Assembly (NCBI GenBank): GCA_963743305.1 | Contig: CAVUPH010000019.1 | Location: forward strand, 39,478-103,477 | Source: an uncultured delta proteobacterium | GTDB lineage: Bacteria > Desulfobacterota > RBG-13-43-22 | Direction of reading: 5' to 3' | Length of the DNA stretch: 64,000 nt | Part shown: positions 9,373 to 19,460 of the stretch, in pieces | How positions within the stretch are numbered: the first letter of the stretch is position 1 | Layout of the letters: every line of letters begins with the position of its first letter | Notes under the pieces: model-generated | Seen by the model: only the letters and a program-made list of their open reading frames with translations | Told to the model about the DNA's origin: nothing | Databases searched by the model: none | Translations under genes and position numbers: made by a program

Positions 9373-10660
9373 ATGACCCAGTTGGATTCAGCTCGCCGTG
9401 GGGATCTTACTTCTGAAATGAAGACGGTGGCCGCCCGGGAAGGGGTGGACCCTGAAAAACTGATGGAGGGGTTGGCCCAGGGGACCATAGTCCTTCCGGC
9501 CAACACCCTCAAGAAAAAATCCCGGCCGGTGGGTATTGGGCGGGGGCTGACGATCAAGGTCAACGCCAACATCGGGACCTCCTCGGATCATATTGATCTG
9601 GAAGAAGAGTTGACCAAGTTAAGGATTTGTGTGGAGGCCCAGGCCGATACGGTCATGGACCTGAGCACCGGCGGGGACCTGAAGGCTATCTTGAAGGCTA
9701 TTCTCCAGTCACTCTCCCCTGCCGGTAGGGACGGTGCCTATTTACCAGGCCGTGGTGGAAACGGTCAGTGCCCTGGGCGGAATCATCCATTTAACCGCCG
9801 ATAAGATTTTTGAAGTGATCGAAGCCCAGGCCCGGGAAGGCGTGGACTTCGTCACCGTCCACTGCGGGATGACATTAAGTTCGCTGGAGCGTTTGAAAAG
9901 GCAGGGGCGGATCACGGATATCGTCAGCCGGGGCGGGGCCTTTTTGACCACCTGGATGGTCTATCACGGCCGGGAAAATCCCCTTTACGAACAATATCCC
10001 CGGTTGCTGGAAATCGCCCGGAAATACGACCTGACCCTGAGCCTGGGCGATGCCCTGCGTCCCGGTTGTTTGGCCGATGCCACCGACCGGGCTCAGGTGG
10101 AAGAGCTGATCCTTTTGGGGGAATTGCGAAACCAGGCCCTGGAGGCCGGGGTCCAGGTCATGATCGAGGGTCCGGGGCATGTGCCTCTGAACCAGGTGGA
10201 AACTAACATCCTGCTTCAAAAACGGTTATGCCAGGGGGCCCCGTTTTATGTCCTGGGACCTCTAGTGACCGATATCGCCGCCGGTCACGATCATATAGCC
10301 TGTGCCATCGGCGGGGCCCTGGCCGGTATGGCCGGCGCCGATTTTTTATGTTACGTCACGCCTGCGGAGCATTTGAAACTTCCGGACCCGGAAGATGTTC
10401 GGGAAGGAATCATGGCGGCCCGTATCGCCGCCCATGCGGCCGATCTGGCCCGGGGGAATCCCCGGTCTTGGGAACGGGATCGCCAGATGGCCTTGGCCCG
10501 CAAGGCCCTGAATTGGGAAAAACAAATGGAATTATGTCTGGACCCGGTGAAGGCCAGGAAATACCGCCAGGAAAATCCGCCCCAAGAGTCCGAGGTCTGC
10601 ACCATGTGCGGCGAGTTTTGCGCCATTAAGCTGGTCCGTGATTATTTGAAACGGCCGTGA
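9373..10660 (+). CDS. thiC: Phosphomethylpyrimidine synthase ThiC, +1 frameshift near 9709
   Basis: [20 protein letters not shown] in the first frame; [38 protein letters not shown] in the second. Confidence 0.92.
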
Positions 10661-11670
10661 AACCCTTAGGCTCGGCCTCGGCTTCAGCCCTGTCTCCCCT
10701 TCCCCAGCTCGCCCAGCAAATCGTCGCCATCCTGCTTAAACGAGAACCCGTCTCCGGGGAGGACTTGGCCGGTCTGCTGGGTGTTTCCCGGACAGCGGTC
10801 TGGAAGCATATTCGGCTCCTGAAAGAGGTCGGATTCACAGTGGAAGCTCGAACGGGGAAAGGGTACCGGTTAACCCAGGTCCCGGACCTGTTGCTTCCGG
10901 TGCTGATCCAGGCCCTGCTGAAGACCAAGATCATGGGGCGGACCATTTATTACTTTCCGCAGACCGAGTCCACCAACACCAAAGCCCGGGAATTAGCCGA
11001 AAAGGGAGCCCCGGAGGGCACCCTGGTGGTCGCTGAATATCAGACTCGGGGCAAGGGTCGTCTGGCCCGACCCTGGGAATCTCCGGCCGGTCAGAACCTG
11101 TTGTTTTCCATAATTTTGCGTCCGACTTTGCCCCCCCAACAAACCTTTAACCTGATCCTGCTGGTCTCCGTGGCCCTCTGCCGGTCTATTCAAATGGAAA
11201 CCAACTTGGAATTGAAAATAAAGTGGCCCAATGACCTCTATTGCCAAGAAAAAAAAATGGCGGGCATATTGGCCGAATTCGCAGCGGAGTCCGATCGTCT
11301 GAACTATGTGATCATCGGAGTAGGCCTGAACGTGAATTGGTCTCCAGCGGCCTTGCCGGAGGATGCCCAACCAACTACCAGCATTTTAAAGGAAACCGGA
11401 ATGCGGGCATCCCGGTTGGAAATTTTGGCATCGTTTCTTTCCGAGATGGAGCAGCTTTACCGGAAGGCGCAAAGGGAGGGCTACCACTTTATTAAACAGG
11501 CCTGGGAACACTATTCGTTAATCAAGAACCGTCCGGTGAGGGTGATGGACGGAAAGGAAACCTGGACCGGGATCGCCCAGGGGATTGATCCGCAGGGCGC
11601 CTTGCTGGTTATTTTGGATAGCGGGGAGAAAAAGCATTTTCTGGCCGGCGATGTGCATCTTAGGATCTAG
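10657..11670 (+). CDS. birA: Bifunctional biotin ligase/repressor BirA
   Basis: N-terminal [55 protein letters not shown]. Confidence 0.95.
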   Translation: MKPLGSASASALSPLPQLAQQIVAILLKREPVSGEDLAGLLGVSRTAVWKHIRLLKEVGFTVEARTGKGYRLTQVPDLLLPVLIQALLKTKIMGRTIYYFPQTESTNTKARELAEKGAPEGTLVVAEYQTRGKGRLARPWESPAGQNLLFSIILRPTLPPQQTFNLILLVSVALCRSIQMETNLELKIKWPNDLYCQEKKMAGILAEFAAESDRLNYVIIGVGLNVNWSPAALPEDAQPTTSILKETGMRASRLEILASFLSEMEQLYRKAQREGYHFIKQAWEHYSLIKNRPVRVMDGKETWTGIAQGIDPQGALLVILDSGEKKHFLAGDVHLRI

Positions 11671-11694
11671 CCAAAAATTTTTCGGGTTTGGGCC

Positions 11695-12873
11695 TTAGGT
11701 GGGTTTTGGCGGGTGGGACAGGGGGATTTGAAAAAGGATTTCGGTTCCTCGATTGGGTAGCGAGGATAGCTCCATTCGTCCATTTACCATCCGAATACGT
11801 TCTTCCAGCCCTATCCGCTCCCAGGCTTCCTCGGGACCGTCCCCTGGGCGGTCCTCCTTTCTTTGCCCGGTTTCAGAAATGAAGAGCTGGAGGGCATCCT
11901 CCCCCACGGTGAGCCTAACGGTAATTTGGGCGGCCTGGGTCTGGCGCAGGACTTCTTGGACCAGCCGGAAGGAGGCGATTTCTACTTCCGGGGCAAAACG
12001 TACCGACGGCGGTTCGGCGGAAAACGCTATAACACTTCCGGTCCGTTGGGACTCGTGGTCGATATGCCGGCGGAGGGCGGGAATCAATCCCAGCTCATCC
12101 AGGATCGGGGGGCGTAACTCCATTGAAAGCCGGTTAATCTGCCGCCAGACCCGGTCAATCAATTTTATACTTTCATTGACCGGGATCGACCGGTCGACAG
12201 GGTTGGGAAGGGCCAAGGCGGCTTGGAGATTGACTTGAGCGGTGAAGAGGGCTGGACCGATTTCAACCTGCAATTCCCGGACGATCTGTTGCCTTTCCGC
12301 TTCCTGGGCTTCGATTAAGTGCCGTGATAGCAGGCGGAGCCGGTCCCGGCTGGTTCGCAGGTCTCCGGATGGCCTCTCCGCGGCCCGGGATAGTTTCTGG
12401 AATCCCTCGTCAGCCCTCCGGCCTTCAGGTATTTCCGAGATGAGGTGAACGGCCCCGATCAACCGACCGGATTCGTCGAAGAAGGGATCGGCGCTGAGGT
12501 TTAAGGTGCGGCCGTTTAAAGACAATACCAGGGTTTCTTTTCGCAGGCTTTGTCGCATGCGGCTGACCGGGCAACCGGGGATGGGTTCCGGGTTTCCGTG
12601 AACCAGTTGGCAGCAGGAAAATCCCAATATTTGATCCGCCGGTTTTTTTAGAAGTTCTACCATGGCCTGGTTATAGTTCAAAATCCGGCCTTCCAGATCC
12701 AATAGGCAAACGGCTTCAGGGAGGGAATCAAAAATACTTTGCCAGGGCTGGGAAATTGCCTTATTGTTCTGTTCCATGATCATTGTCTGGGTCTTCCTTC
12801 GGGGAATAGGCCTGTAAAACCCAACAAAGGCCCGGTTCATACCTTCTTGAAAAGAGTACAGGTATTCTGCCAT
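11695..12873 (-). CDS. PAS-domain HisKA_3-type histidine kinase, catalytically degenerate
   Basis: PAS (IFDSLPEAVCLLDLEGRIL), QEAERQQIVRELQVEIG, ELRPPILDELGL, FRLVQE; H-box His and N/G boxes altered. Confidence 0.75.
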   Translation of the reverse strand: MAEYLYSFQEGMNRAFVGFYRPIPRRKTQTMIMEQNNKAISQPWQSIFDSLPEAVCLLDLEGRILNYNQAMVELLKKPADQILGFSCCQLVHGNPEPIPGCPVSRMRQSLRKETLVLSLNGRTLNLSADPFFDESGRLIGAVHLISEIPEGRRADEGFQKLSRAAERPSGDLRTSRDRLRLLSRHLIEAQEAERQQIVRELQVEIGPALFTAQVNLQAALALPNPVDRSIPVNESIKLIDRVWRQINRLSMELRPPILDELGLIPALRRHIDHESQRTGSVIAFSAEPPSVRFAPEVEIASFRLVQEVLRQTQAAQITVRLTVGEDALQLFISETGQRKEDRPGDGPEEAWERIGLEERIRMVNGRMELSSLPNRGTEILFQIPLSHPPKPT

Positions 12874-12958
12874 ACCCTCAGGGGAGAGATCAACTCATTT
12901 CCCCGGTTTTCCCGCCTAATTTTTAAAGGGCGTTGAATGAATCTCGTGAGTATGATAG

Positions 12959-13151
12959 TAAACCTCCATGCCTTAGAGGGCACCCCGAAGCATGGAAATT
13001 TGTTTTTAAGCTTAAGCCTTAGCTCGTCATTCCGGACAAGCGAAGCGTGATCCGGAATCCAGGGCCGTCGAAGCCCCAACGCCCTGGATTCCGGATCAAG
13101 TCCGGCATGACGGCCAAAAAGCTGTGTTTGTCCTTTATTTTCGGATTAAAT
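12959..13151 (+). repeat. Composite MITE-like element (family C) carrying a GTCATTCCGG..CTGGATTCCGGATCAAGTCCGGCATGAC hairpin cassette (13025-13112)
   Basis: Terminal module TAAACCTCCATGCC..CCCGAAGCATGGAAAT shared with 28196 and 59792; right end TTATTTTCG. Confidence 0.75.
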
Positions 13152-13152
13152 T

Positions 13153-15222
13153 ATGACCGTTCTCCATCCGGCCGCGGAGCGTTACCTGAACATCCCCGGC
13201 AGCCTGATCGCCTGGGTCCTGCTGATCGTGGCCTTAATACTGTTCTCTTTTTCAATGTACCGGCGCCTCTTTTTGCTCCGCTCCGGGCAGCCGGACCCCC
13301 GCTGGGGCAACTGGAAGGAACGAGCCCGGGGATTGCTTGTTTTTGGAATTCTCCAAAAAAGACAGCCCCGGTATTTCTGGTCCGGGGTGATCCACTTTCT
13401 TATTTTTTGGGGGTTTATGGTCCTCGGGCTTCGGTCGCTGGATCTGATCGTGCAAGGCTTGGGAGGCGGGACCGCCCTGCCTTTTTTTAAAAGCGGATTA
13501 GGATCCTTTTACAGCAGCCTCAAGGATTTGTTCGAACTGACCGTCCTGGGCGCCTGTATTTGGGCTATCTTTCGTCGGGCGGTGCTCCGGCCTGCCCGGT
13601 ACGAGCTGGAGAACGGCCGAGGGCCTGGCTGGGAGGCTTACCTGGTCCTGTCCCTGATTGGTTTCCTGATGCTTACGGATATGTTTTTTGAAGGGGGCAC
13701 GCTCCTTTTGTCCCCCTCCGCTCCGGGCTGGCGTCCGTCGGCCGGCCTAGCCGCCTCGGTTTTGTCCGCCCTGGATGAAACCGAGATCAAAAACGTTTCC
13801 CTTCTCGCTTACTGGGCCCATTATTTGGCCTTCTTTATTTTTTTAAATTTTCTCCCCCTGGCCAAGCACTTCCATATTCTTACGGCCCTGCCCAATATCT
13901 TTCTGCGCAAGCTCAAAAAGGGGTCCCTCAAGCCGGCCCGCTGGGGGATGGAGAACTTGGAAGAAATGGAAAACCTGGGCGTTGGTCGTCTCGAGGATTT
14001 TACCTGGAAGCACCTCCTGGATTTATTTACCTGCACCGAATGCGGACGCTGCTCGGACCAATGCCCGGCCAAGGCGGTAGGGCGTCCCCTTTCGCCCAAG
14101 ATGATCACCCTCAAGCTCCGGGATTACGCTTACCGGAAAGTCCCCGTGTTTTCCCTCGGCCGCTCGACATCCGCTACAGAGCCAGCAGAGGATCGGAAGG
14201 AAAAAGAAGACTCCGAAGGCGCCCTGATCGGGGAGGTGATCACCTTCGCTGAAATCTGGTCCTGTACCACTTGTGGGGCCTGCGAAGAAGAGTGTCCGGT
14301 CTTTATCGAATACATCGATAAAATGATTGATATGCGGCGCCACCTCATTGAAACCGCCCAAAATCCCAAGACCTTTAATTCGATTCTGACTCATGTGGAA
14401 AAGACCGGCAATCCCTTCGGCAAACCACCTAAAAAGCGGGCCGATTGGATCAAGGAGATCGCGGATGTTCCGGTCAAGGTCCTGAAAGAAGGGGATGAGA
14501 CGGACGTTCTTTATTTTGTGGACAGCTATGCCTCTTACGATCCCCGGGTGCAGGCCGTAGCCCAGGCCGTCGTTCGAGGATTGAGTCTGGCCGAGGTGGA
14601 CTTCGGGATCCTGGGCGCGCGGGAGAAGGACTCGGGCCATCAGGTCCGCCGCCTGGGTGAAGAAGGGCTTTTTCAGTTGCTCCGGGAGGAGAACCTGGAA
14701 ATCCTTCAATCTTGCCGGTTCAAACAAATAGTCACCACGGATCCCCATGCCTTCAATACGCTAAAAAATGATTATCCGGGGAACCTGCCGGTGGGGCATT
14801 ATACCCTGTTTTTTCGGGATTTGCTGGCTTCCGGCCGGTTAAAGCCGAAAAAAATAATCGACGGGCAACCGCTTTACACGTATCATGACCCCTGTTACCT
14901 GGGTCGGCACAATGAGATTTATGAAGCCCCCCGGGAAATCCTCAACCGCCTTCCGGGGTTGAAGTGGGTGGAGATGACGCGTTGCCGGGACCGCAGCTTT
15001 TGCTGCGGGGGCGGGGACGTCAATCTCTGGCACGAGATCGAAGGGGAAACGATGCGCCCGGCGGCCAGGCGCCTGGAGATGGCCCTGGAAGCGGGTGTCG
15101 GGGGGATTGTTACGGCCTGCCCCTTCTGTTTATTGAACCTGGAGGATGCGGTCAAGACCGCGGGCCTGGAAGATGAAATGAAGGTGGTTGACCTGATGGA
15201 ATTGTTGGTGTCGACCCTGTAG
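13153..15222 (+). CDS. Membrane-bound Fe-S oxidoreductase (DUF224/FadF, ETF:menaquinone oxidoreductase-like)
   Basis: TM domain with His residues (IHFLIFWGF, WAHY, KHFHI), CTECGRCSDQCP, CTTCGACEEECP, CCG domains (HDPCYLGR, CCGGG, ACPFC); upstream of etfBA. Confidence 0.9.
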   Translation: MTVLHPAAERYLNIPGSLIAWVLLIVALILFSFSMYRRLFLLRSGQPDPRWGNWKERARGLLVFGILQKRQPRYFWSGVIHFLIFWGFMVLGLRSLDLIVQGLGGGTALPFFKSGLGSFYSSLKDLFELTVLGACIWAIFRRAVLRPARYELENGRGPGWEAYLVLSLIGFLMLTDMFFEGGTLLLSPSAPGWRPSAGLAASVLSALDETEIKNVSLLAYWAHYLAFFIFLNFLPLAKHFHILTALPNIFLRKLKKGSLKPARWGMENLEEMENLGVGRLEDFTWKHLLDLFTCTECGRCSDQCPAKAVGRPLSPKMITLKLRDYAYRKVPVFSLGRSTSATEPAEDRKEKEDSEGALIGEVITFAEIWSCTTCGACEEECPVFIEYIDKMIDMRRHLIETAQNPKTFNSILTHVEKTGNPFGKPPKKRADWIKEIADVPVKVLKEGDETDVLYFVDSYASYDPRVQAVAQAVVRGLSLAEVDFGILGAREKDSGHQVRRLGEEGLFQLLREENLEILQSCRFKQIVTTDPHAFNTLKNDYPGNLPVGHYTLFFRDLLASGRLKPKKIIDGQPLYTYHDPCYLGRHNEIYEAPREILNRLPGLKWVEMTRCRDRSFCCGGGDVNLWHEIEGETMRPAARRLEMALEAGVGGIVTACPFCLLNLEDAVKTAGLEDEMKVVDLMELLVSTL

Positions 15223-15505
15223 ATTTTCTTGGTTGTTCGCTTTTGGGCGGGTACCCAGCATAGTGGGTATGGCTGCCGGGTCTCAGCAAAAGGGTCTTCC
15301 CTATTGCTTTTTAGGTTTTAACCCTGTCCCCGTGTTTTCAAATCTTCCCGGAGTCAGGGCCATCCTGGGAGCCGTCAAAAGACTCGGATTACGGGCCTGC
15401 ATCAAATAAAATTAACAGCTTCAGCCCGGATTCGAAGTCTGGAGTACTTTTGGAAAACCCTTTTGCTGAGACCCGGCAGCCACGAGGCCCGGTTTCAAAC
15501 TAGGC
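15220..15505 (+). mobile_element. IR-bounded ~280-bp non-coding element, copy 2 (family A)
   Basis: 30-bp IRs at 15271-15300 and 15452-15481 (1 mismatch); core aligns to 2633-2782. Confidence 0.8.
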
Positions 15506-15637
15506 CTTCCCGCCCCCGGGAACGTCCCGAAGGATGAAATTGACTGGGAGGCAATAGACTAACTAATGGATATAAATAATTAATAATCAATTGTTAATAA
15601 TTAGTTATTAATGAATGTCTAGGCAGGAGGATACCCT

Positions 15638-16417
15638 TTGAATATTATTGTTTGTGTAAAACGGGTCCCTTTCACCCAGGAGGTGGACCTGGAAATCGAG
15701 TCCGGTAAAAAAGAGGTGGACCGGGAATCCCTGGCTTACGTCATCAATGACTGGGACCACTATGCCATTGAAGAGGCCGTTTATCTGAAAGAGCAGGGGG
15801 AGGGAACGGTCACGGCCATTACCATCGGACCGGAGGAGGATGAGGAGGTCCTCCGGCGGTGTCTGGCCATGGGGGCCGATCAGGCCCGGCGCATCGATCC
15901 CGGGGAGCGAACCCTGGACGGCGGCGGAACGGCCCGGGTGTTGGCCCGGGTCATAGCCGCTATTCCCTTTGACCTGATTTTATGCGGTGTCCAGGCGGAA
16001 GACGACAACCAGGGGATGGTGGGAATCATGCTGGCCGAACACCTCGGTCTGGCCCACGCGGCGGTGGTCACCGGCATCGAAACCCGGGGAGAAGAGTTGA
16101 TCGTTCAATGCGAGTTGGAAGGCGGGATGGACGAGCGTTCGAAGATAAAGCTCCCGGCCCTTTTGACCGTTCAGACCGGCATCAACGAGCCCCGTTATGT
16201 TTCCATCATGGGGATCAAAAAGGCGACCAAGAAACCACTGGAGGTGATCCCCCTGGCCGACCTGAATTTTTCTTCGGACGACCTGGCTCCGCAAGTCCTT
16301 ATGGATGAAGTTTTTCTCCCGCCGGAGACCGGCGGCGCCGAAATGATCAGCGGCGACCCGATGCAGGCGGCGGAAAAGATCCTGCAAATACTAAAAGAAA
16401 AGGGGGTGAGGGCCTGA
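15638..16417 (+). CDS. etfB: Electron transfer flavoprotein beta subunit
   Basis: NIIVCVKRVP, AIEEA, LAMGAD, NEPRYVS; TTG start with AGGAGG RBS. Confidence 0.95.
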   Translation: MNIIVCVKRVPFTQEVDLEIESGKKEVDRESLAYVINDWDHYAIEEAVYLKEQGEGTVTAITIGPEEDEEVLRRCLAMGADQARRIDPGERTLDGGGTARVLARVIAAIPFDLILCGVQAEDDNQGMVGIMLAEHLGLAHAAVVTGIETRGEELIVQCELEGGMDERSKIKLPALLTVQTGINEPRYVSIMGIKKATKKPLEVIPLADLNFSSDDLAPQVLMDEVFLPPETGGAEMISGDPMQAAEKILQILKEKGVRA

Positions 16418-17388
16418 TGGAAGGAATCTTCGTAGTGGTGGAGCACCGCCAGGGGAGGGTTCGAGATATCTCCCTGGAGATGCTCTCCAAGGCCGGCGAA
16501 TTGAAGAATGACCTGGGCGGCGATCTAACGGCCGTCCTGCTGGGTTGGGAAACCGGGCCGCTGATTGAAGCCTTAAAGGGGCGGGCCGACAGGATCCTGG
16601 TGATCGAAGACGAGCGGGTAAAATTTTTTGAGGCCGAGGTTTACAAAACGATCCTCCGGCAACTGATTCAGGAATTTCAACCGGCCCTGACCCTGATCGG
16701 CCAGACCTCCTGGGGACTGGACCTGGCCCCCTGCCTGGCGGTCCAAATGGGTTTCCCCTTGGTCACGGATTGCCTGGATATTAAGATCGAGGCCGGAAAG
16801 CCTACGGCCCTGCGCCAGATATACGGTGGTAAAGTATTTGCCCGGGTCTCTATGAAGGAATCCACCGGGTATCTGGCCACCATTCGGCCGGGCGCTTTTT
16901 CACCTGACCCGGCAGGAGACCGTCCGACCGAAGTGGTCAAAATAGAATTCCCGCCGGGACTGCCGGAAAGTAAAAGGCAGATCCTGGAATTGGTCGAGTC
17001 GGAAGCCGGGGAGGTGGATATTGCCCAGGCCGAATTTCTGGTTTCAATAGGTCGGGGTGTGGGCGAAGAAGAAAACCTGGCCCAGGTCCGGGAACTGGCC
17101 CGGTCGCTGGGGGCCGTGCTGTCCTGTTCCCGGCCGATTGTGGACAAGAAGTGGTTGCCCAAGTACCACCAGGTTGGCACCTCGGGCAAATCGGTCAAGC
17201 CCAAGGTCTACCTGGCGTTGGGCATCAGCGGGGCCTTTCAGCACCTGGCCGGGATCGGCGGCGCCGGTACCGTAATCGCCGTCAACAAGGACCCCAAGGC
17301 CCCGATTTTTCGGGTAGCCCAGTACGGCGTGGCCCAGGATATTTTTAAGATCATCCCGGCATTGAGGGAACAAATAAGCAGGAATTAG
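16417..17388 (+). CDS. etfA: Electron transfer flavoprotein alpha subunit
   Basis: GRGV, SRPIVD, QVGTSGKSV, GISGAFQH, AVNKDPKAPIF. Confidence 0.95.
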   Translation: MEGIFVVVEHRQGRVRDISLEMLSKAGELKNDLGGDLTAVLLGWETGPLIEALKGRADRILVIEDERVKFFEAEVYKTILRQLIQEFQPALTLIGQTSWGLDLAPCLAVQMGFPLVTDCLDIKIEAGKPTALRQIYGGKVFARVSMKESTGYLATIRPGAFSPDPAGDRPTEVVKIEFPPGLPESKRQILELVESEAGEVDIAQAEFLVSIGRGVGEEENLAQVRELARSLGAVLSCSRPIVDKKWLPKYHQVGTSGKSVKPKVYLALGISGAFQHLAGIGGAGTVIAVNKDPKAPIFRVAQYGVAQDIFKIIPALREQISRN

Positions 17389-17503
17389 ATTCTTGTATCC
17401 ATTCTTCTGAGAATTTGTCTTTAGCAAAGGATGTAAGAATTTAATATAAAAAAATTGCAGATTTTTTTGGCTAATATTCACCGCCACGACGCAAAGGAAC
17501 CCC

Positions 17504-18649
17504 ATGGATTTTACTTTGAGCAAAGAACAACAGGATATCATCAAGGCCGCCCGGGAGTTCGCCCGCAAGGAGTTTCCGGAAAGGGCCCTGGAGTTTGACC
17601 GTACTGAAACCTTTGATTTGACCCTTTGGAAAAAGGCCTGTGAACTGGGTTTCGTGGGCGTTTTCATCGACGAAAAGTATGACGGGGCCGGCTACGGCTT
17701 TCTGGAGCACTGCCTGATTACCGAGGAATTCTGGGCCGTGGACCCGGGGATCGGACAGGCCATCCTATCCGCCACCTTCGGGGCCGAACTGCTACTATTG
17801 TTTGCCCAGGAGGACCAGAAGGAATGGATCCTTCCCGAATTGGTTTCCGGAGAGGCCCTGCTGGCTACGGCCATCACCGAACCGGATGCCGGATCGGATG
17901 TGACCGGGGCTTCCACTGCCGCGGTGCAACAGGGGGACCAGTGGGTGATCAACGGCTCCAAAATGTTCATCACCAACGGAGACCTGGCCAAGTATGCGAT
18001 CGTCTATGCCCTGACCAATCCGGACCATCCCTCCCGGCATTCCCGTCACAGCTTTATCATCGTGCCCACCGATCAGCCCGGTTTCCAGGCCAACAAAATC
18101 CACGGGAAGCTGGGCATCCGGGCCTCGGATACGGCGGAATTGGTTTTTTGCGACGTCAAGGCGCCCCTTTCCAATCTGATAGGGGAAGAGGGGGAGGGGT
18201 TTCATCAATTGATGGCCTTCTTCAACCGGACCCGCCTGCACATCTGCGCCCAGGGTGTGGGGTTGGCCCGGGCGGCCCTGGAGGAGAGTATCCGCTACAC
18301 CAAGAAGCGCCACCAGTATGGGGTTCCACTGGCCTCCTTCCAGGCCACCCAATTCAAGCTGGCCGAAATGGCCACCCGGATCCGGGCCGCCCGCAATATG
18401 TATTACGAGGCCGCCTGGCTGATGGATAACGGGGTGGTAGATCACGCCCTGATCGCCATGGCTAAGTGGTTTTCCGGGGAGATGGCCGTGCGCGCCGCCG
18501 ACGAAGCCCTGCAGATGCACGGGGGCTATGGCTATATCGACGAATACAAAGTACAGCGCCTCTACCGGGATTGCAAGATCCTGGAGATCTACGAAGGCAC
18601 CAAGGAGATTGAAAAATCAATCGTGGCCCAGTCCATTTTGGGAATGTAG
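17504..18649 (+). CDS. Acyl-CoA dehydrogenase
   Basis: AITEPDAGSD, NGSKMFITNG, KLGIRASDT, QMHGGYGY, IYEGT. Confidence 0.95.
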   Translation: MDFTLSKEQQDIIKAAREFARKEFPERALEFDRTETFDLTLWKKACELGFVGVFIDEKYDGAGYGFLEHCLITEEFWAVDPGIGQAILSATFGAELLLLFAQEDQKEWILPELVSGEALLATAITEPDAGSDVTGASTAAVQQGDQWVINGSKMFITNGDLAKYAIVYALTNPDHPSRHSRHSFIIVPTDQPGFQANKIHGKLGIRASDTAELVFCDVKAPLSNLIGEEGEGFHQLMAFFNRTRLHICAQGVGLARAALEESIRYTKKRHQYGVPLASFQATQFKLAEMATRIRAARNMYYEAAWLMDNGVVDHALIAMAKWFSGEMAVRAADEALQMHGGYGYIDEYKVQRLYRDCKILEIYEGTKEIEKSIVAQSILGM

Positions 18650-19045
18650 CGGTTCCCCGTCGATCGCCTGCGAGCTTTTCCCGACGGTTCTCCTGTCCCC
18701 CGGTTTTTGGTGCGATGGATGGGGGAAGGCTGCGCCGCATTGTAGACTTTTTCGATCCCCCTGTCCGAGACAGAAACGGGGGGATCGGTTAAAGCCGGTT
18801 CTTCAGGTTATTGCGCTGGTCCACCCCTAGACAAAGTCCAGTCTTGCCATTCTTCCCTCAAGCGCTTCTCTCCCTTCCCATGAAAGACCAGCGGTTCCCG
18901 CGTAAGTAGTCCTTTTCTTTGTCGCCGATCACGTTACCTTTCGGCACTCATTAGCAACGCGCCAGCGATCATTGACCCTGGAGAATTTCCTTTTTGCTAT
19001 TAAATTTCATCAAGTTATACATAGTGAAACGTAACCGGGAGTTTC

Positions 19046-19061
19046 TGGCCTAATGTTTGCT
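19046..19061 (+). promoter_or_regulatory. Sigma-54 -24/-12 promoter (distal)
   Basis: TGGCCTAATGTTTGCT has the canonical GG-N10-GC spacing. Confidence 0.6.
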
Positions 19062-19098
19062 AATGGGTATCAATAACAAGAAAGGATACTGCTATTTA

Positions 19099-19120
19099 AA
19101 CGTTAATGTTAATTAACGTT
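19099..19120. promoter_or_regulatory. Palindromic operator/enhancer candidate
   Basis: AACGTTAAT-gtta-ATTAACGTT, a perfect 9-bp IR between two sigma-54 sites. Confidence 0.5.
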
Positions 19121-19198
19121 AACGATACATATAACTAATAAAGTATTATTTTATTGTTGTAAATTAATAATTTCAGTAAGTTGTATAATAAATTGTTT

Positions 19199-19214
19199 TG
19201 GTATATTTATTGCT
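19199..19214 (+). promoter_or_regulatory. Sigma-54 -24/-12 promoter (proximal) for the hydrogenase operon
   Basis: TGGTATATTTATTGCT; IHF-like TTTCAGTAAGTTG at 19171-19183. Confidence 0.6.
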
Positions 19215-19460
19215 CATAATAACCATAAATATATATTACCTAACAAAAAGCAAGTGTTCTTAGTCTGAGATGAGGGGAGGTGAAATCCTAAAAAAAGATT
19301 TAAAGCCCATTTATCCTTTGGGCTTGCAAGAATTACCCGGGTTTTCTTTGGGCAAGCATGCCACGTTACTAGATCCGCTAAACAGGAACTGCCTCTCTCC
19401 AGGCTTTAACGTATCCGGTGTCAATCAATTAATTAACTCACCCCTTCAGGAGGTTTTCTT

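Noticed and set aside
9373-10660. BzaA/BzaB split pair or programmed frameshift instead of thiC
   Set aside because: The two ORFs are halves of one ThiC joined by a single extra base, next to thiD, with no slippery heptamer
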